The position numbers and the translations under genes are program-made. 64,000 nucleotides of DNA from Eledone cirrhosa (lineage: Eukaryota): assembly GCA_964016885.1 (NCBI GenBank), contig OZ024749.1, forward strand, positions 16,740,001 to 16,804,000, read 5' to 3'. This document shows, piece by piece, positions 59,322 to 64,000 of the stretch (positions within the stretch are counted from its first letter, which is position 1; each line of letters begins with the position of its first letter). The notes beneath the pieces are model-generated. The model was not told where the DNA came from. It was given only the letters and a program-made list of their open reading frames with translations, and searched no databases.

Positions 59322-60340
59322 GTACACTATAAATAATTATTATTGCACTCGTGCAATGCCTGTGCGTGACGAATATTTTTAAAGTGAGGAAAGACTGTGC
59401 ACTGAGCCAATCCCACTCTCTGAGCGACAGTAGCTATAACCCGAAAAGAAGAAAAGATCAACATCATCGGTAACTACTGAGCCGCAGGTTTTATGTCGGA
59501 GTTAAACCCAATTTCCTGAGATGCCTTCTCCTAGAAGAATGCCCTGACAAGTGCTAGGGGTTCTTCACTCCCAGTGGTTTAACTGCGCGATCGGGCATCC
59601 AGCCCGATTATTTCTGTCCCCGCGCCAAAAAAAAAAAAAAAAATCACTTATTGACACTTATCCGTACGACATACACACACGCGCACACAGCAACACTCAT
59701 ACATACAGACAAACACACACACGCTACTCTACTCACTTACACACACACACACATATATATATATATATTACCGTCATTACTGATACAAGATTACAAGATT
59801 ATGTCAACTGTTGACTTTCAAGAGTTTGTATAGTTGAAGCCGATCGTACTACAGTCCAGTATTATTATAATTGCTTTACAGCATAGAGTCACGGCCCTCC
59901 ACGCTCTGAGCTCAAATCCCGCCGAGGTCAACCTTGCCTTTCATCCCCACGGAGTCAAAAAAAGAGAGTACCAGTTATGCGCTGGGCCAGTCGCTGGATC
60001 CGTGCCAAAAGCAGAAAAATTATTATTAAAGTTGTTTTCTTAAGGCCCGGTCGCTGGTGATGGTGATGGCGGCGGTGGTAGTGGTGGTGGTGGCAGTTAA
60101 TGTTGTTGTTGTATTGTGTGTGTTTTGTTATTTTGAGTTTTTTTTTCTGTTTTTTTTCCCTTCTTTTTCTTTTTTTTTATCTTTTGATGCCGCTGTTGTT
60201 GTTGTTGTAAATGTTCATTTCAGTTCATTCTGAAGCTGTTGTTGCTGTAAACATTAGTGCCGGTGTTGTTGTTGTAGATGTTGGAGTTGAAATCTGGTCG
60301 TTTGACTGAGTGATGTATATACACACATATACATACATAC

Positions 60341-60423
<83 letters not shown>

Positions 60424-60430
<7 letters not shown>

Positions 60431-61576
60431 TACAAAAACAGAGATAGTTTAAAGCTAATCTCTGACTGGTAACCATCTCACTCAACAAACATTAGGTTAT
60501 ATTTTAATATAAACCCAATTTAAGTGTTTGGGGTGCTAACAAAATGTATTATGTGGAAAATCCAGTTGTATTATTTTATGAGATATAATTAAAGTTAAAA
60601 TATATCTCTCTTTCCAAACAATTGTTTCATTATAAGTTTTCTACAAAGTCGGAGAATATTTCCAGTTTATGTAGAAGCCTAATATACATTCATGTAAGAA
60701 TATATTTAGGTGGGCGCTTATAAATCATCAGTGGAAGCCCAATAAACCTTGATATAAGAAAAACATTTCTTACCACGGTTAAAAATCATGTCCGTTAAGT
60801 TGCTCCTTCGCGCATCGAATGACCGGCAAATTTGAAATTCCAGCAGTTTTTGACTGAGGAAGTGTTATAGCGTCACTAAGCGGGAAGGGGAGACAACTAC
60901 GATCCACGAAAGGAGGAAAAAAAAATAATAATAATATACACGCGGGTTAATCAGTTTATTCGAAAACATTATCAATCCAACGTGTTAAGAATTCAATTGA
61001 AATTAAAAAAATAAATATATAGATATTTTCTTAGGCTAAAATCAGAGGTTGTACCTGAATAAGAAACCGCATCTCGTAACCGTAGTAAATACGGAAAGTT
61101 ATGTTTTAAAGGGCAAATGGGAATGTAAATCTCCGGCCGAATTAAGAGTAAAATATAAAGCACACGCGGGTTAATTAGTTATTTCAAAACTAATATCAAT
61201 TCCTCGTGTAAAGAACTCAATCAATTTTTAAAAAATAAATGTATGCATGTAATTATATTATAGGCATATATATATATTTTCTTAGGCTAAAAAACAGAGA
61301 AGTTACAACCAATAAAAACCACAATATCGCACAACAGTAATAAATACGGAAAGTCAAATTTATAAGGTACCTGGAAATAAACACCTCTGGCCAATCAAGA
61401 GTAAAATATTAATACAAAAACAGAGATAGTTTAAAGCTAATCTCTGACTGGTAACCATCTCACTCAACAAACATTAGGTTATATTTTAATATAAACCCAA
61501 TTTAAGTGTTTGGGGTGCTAACAAAATGTATTATGTGGAAAATCCAGTTGTATTATTTTATGAGATATAATTAAAG

Positions 61577-61580
<4 letters not shown>
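60424..61580 (-). mobile_element. Non-coding HHR element: 982-nt unit with 175-bp terminal direct repeat, between (TA)n tracts
   Basis: 60424-60598 matches 61406-61580; HHR at 60612-60736; no ORF of 60 aa or more inside. Confidence 0.75.
60612..60736 (-). ncRNA. Type I hammerhead with branched stem II
   Basis: ttcca CTGATGA t-ttataag [two hairpins] cttataa-t GAAA caattg TT tggaa. Confidence 0.8.

Positions 61581-64000
<2,420 letters not shown>

Overview
AT-rich animal intergenic DNA with no recognisable host gene. The tRNA-derived SINE remnants and (TA)n/(CA)n composition resemble octopus DNA (inference). The window is a nest of retroelements sitting in (TA)n microsatellites. It holds about seven Penelope-like element (PLE; RT + C-terminal GIY-YIG) families, including one intact copy with partial-tandem and inverted pLTRs, plus three CR1/L2-group LINE copies, two RTE-clade LINEs, a near-intact Tx1/L1 element in an (AAT)n array, SINE remnants and a small hAT-type MITE. 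Reading by eye finds about 18 type I hammerhead ribozyme (HHR) motifs in about 9 sequence families, some with U3-A8 compensated cores or very large or branched stem II. Two non-coding, head-to-tail repeated HHR elements (312-nt and 982-nt units) look like non-autonomous retrozyme/circular-RNA-type elements. Three PLE copies carry TGA exactly at conserved Cys codons. Ribozyme folds were derived manually and none was tested. Most ORF-track entries are microsatellite or antisense artefacts.
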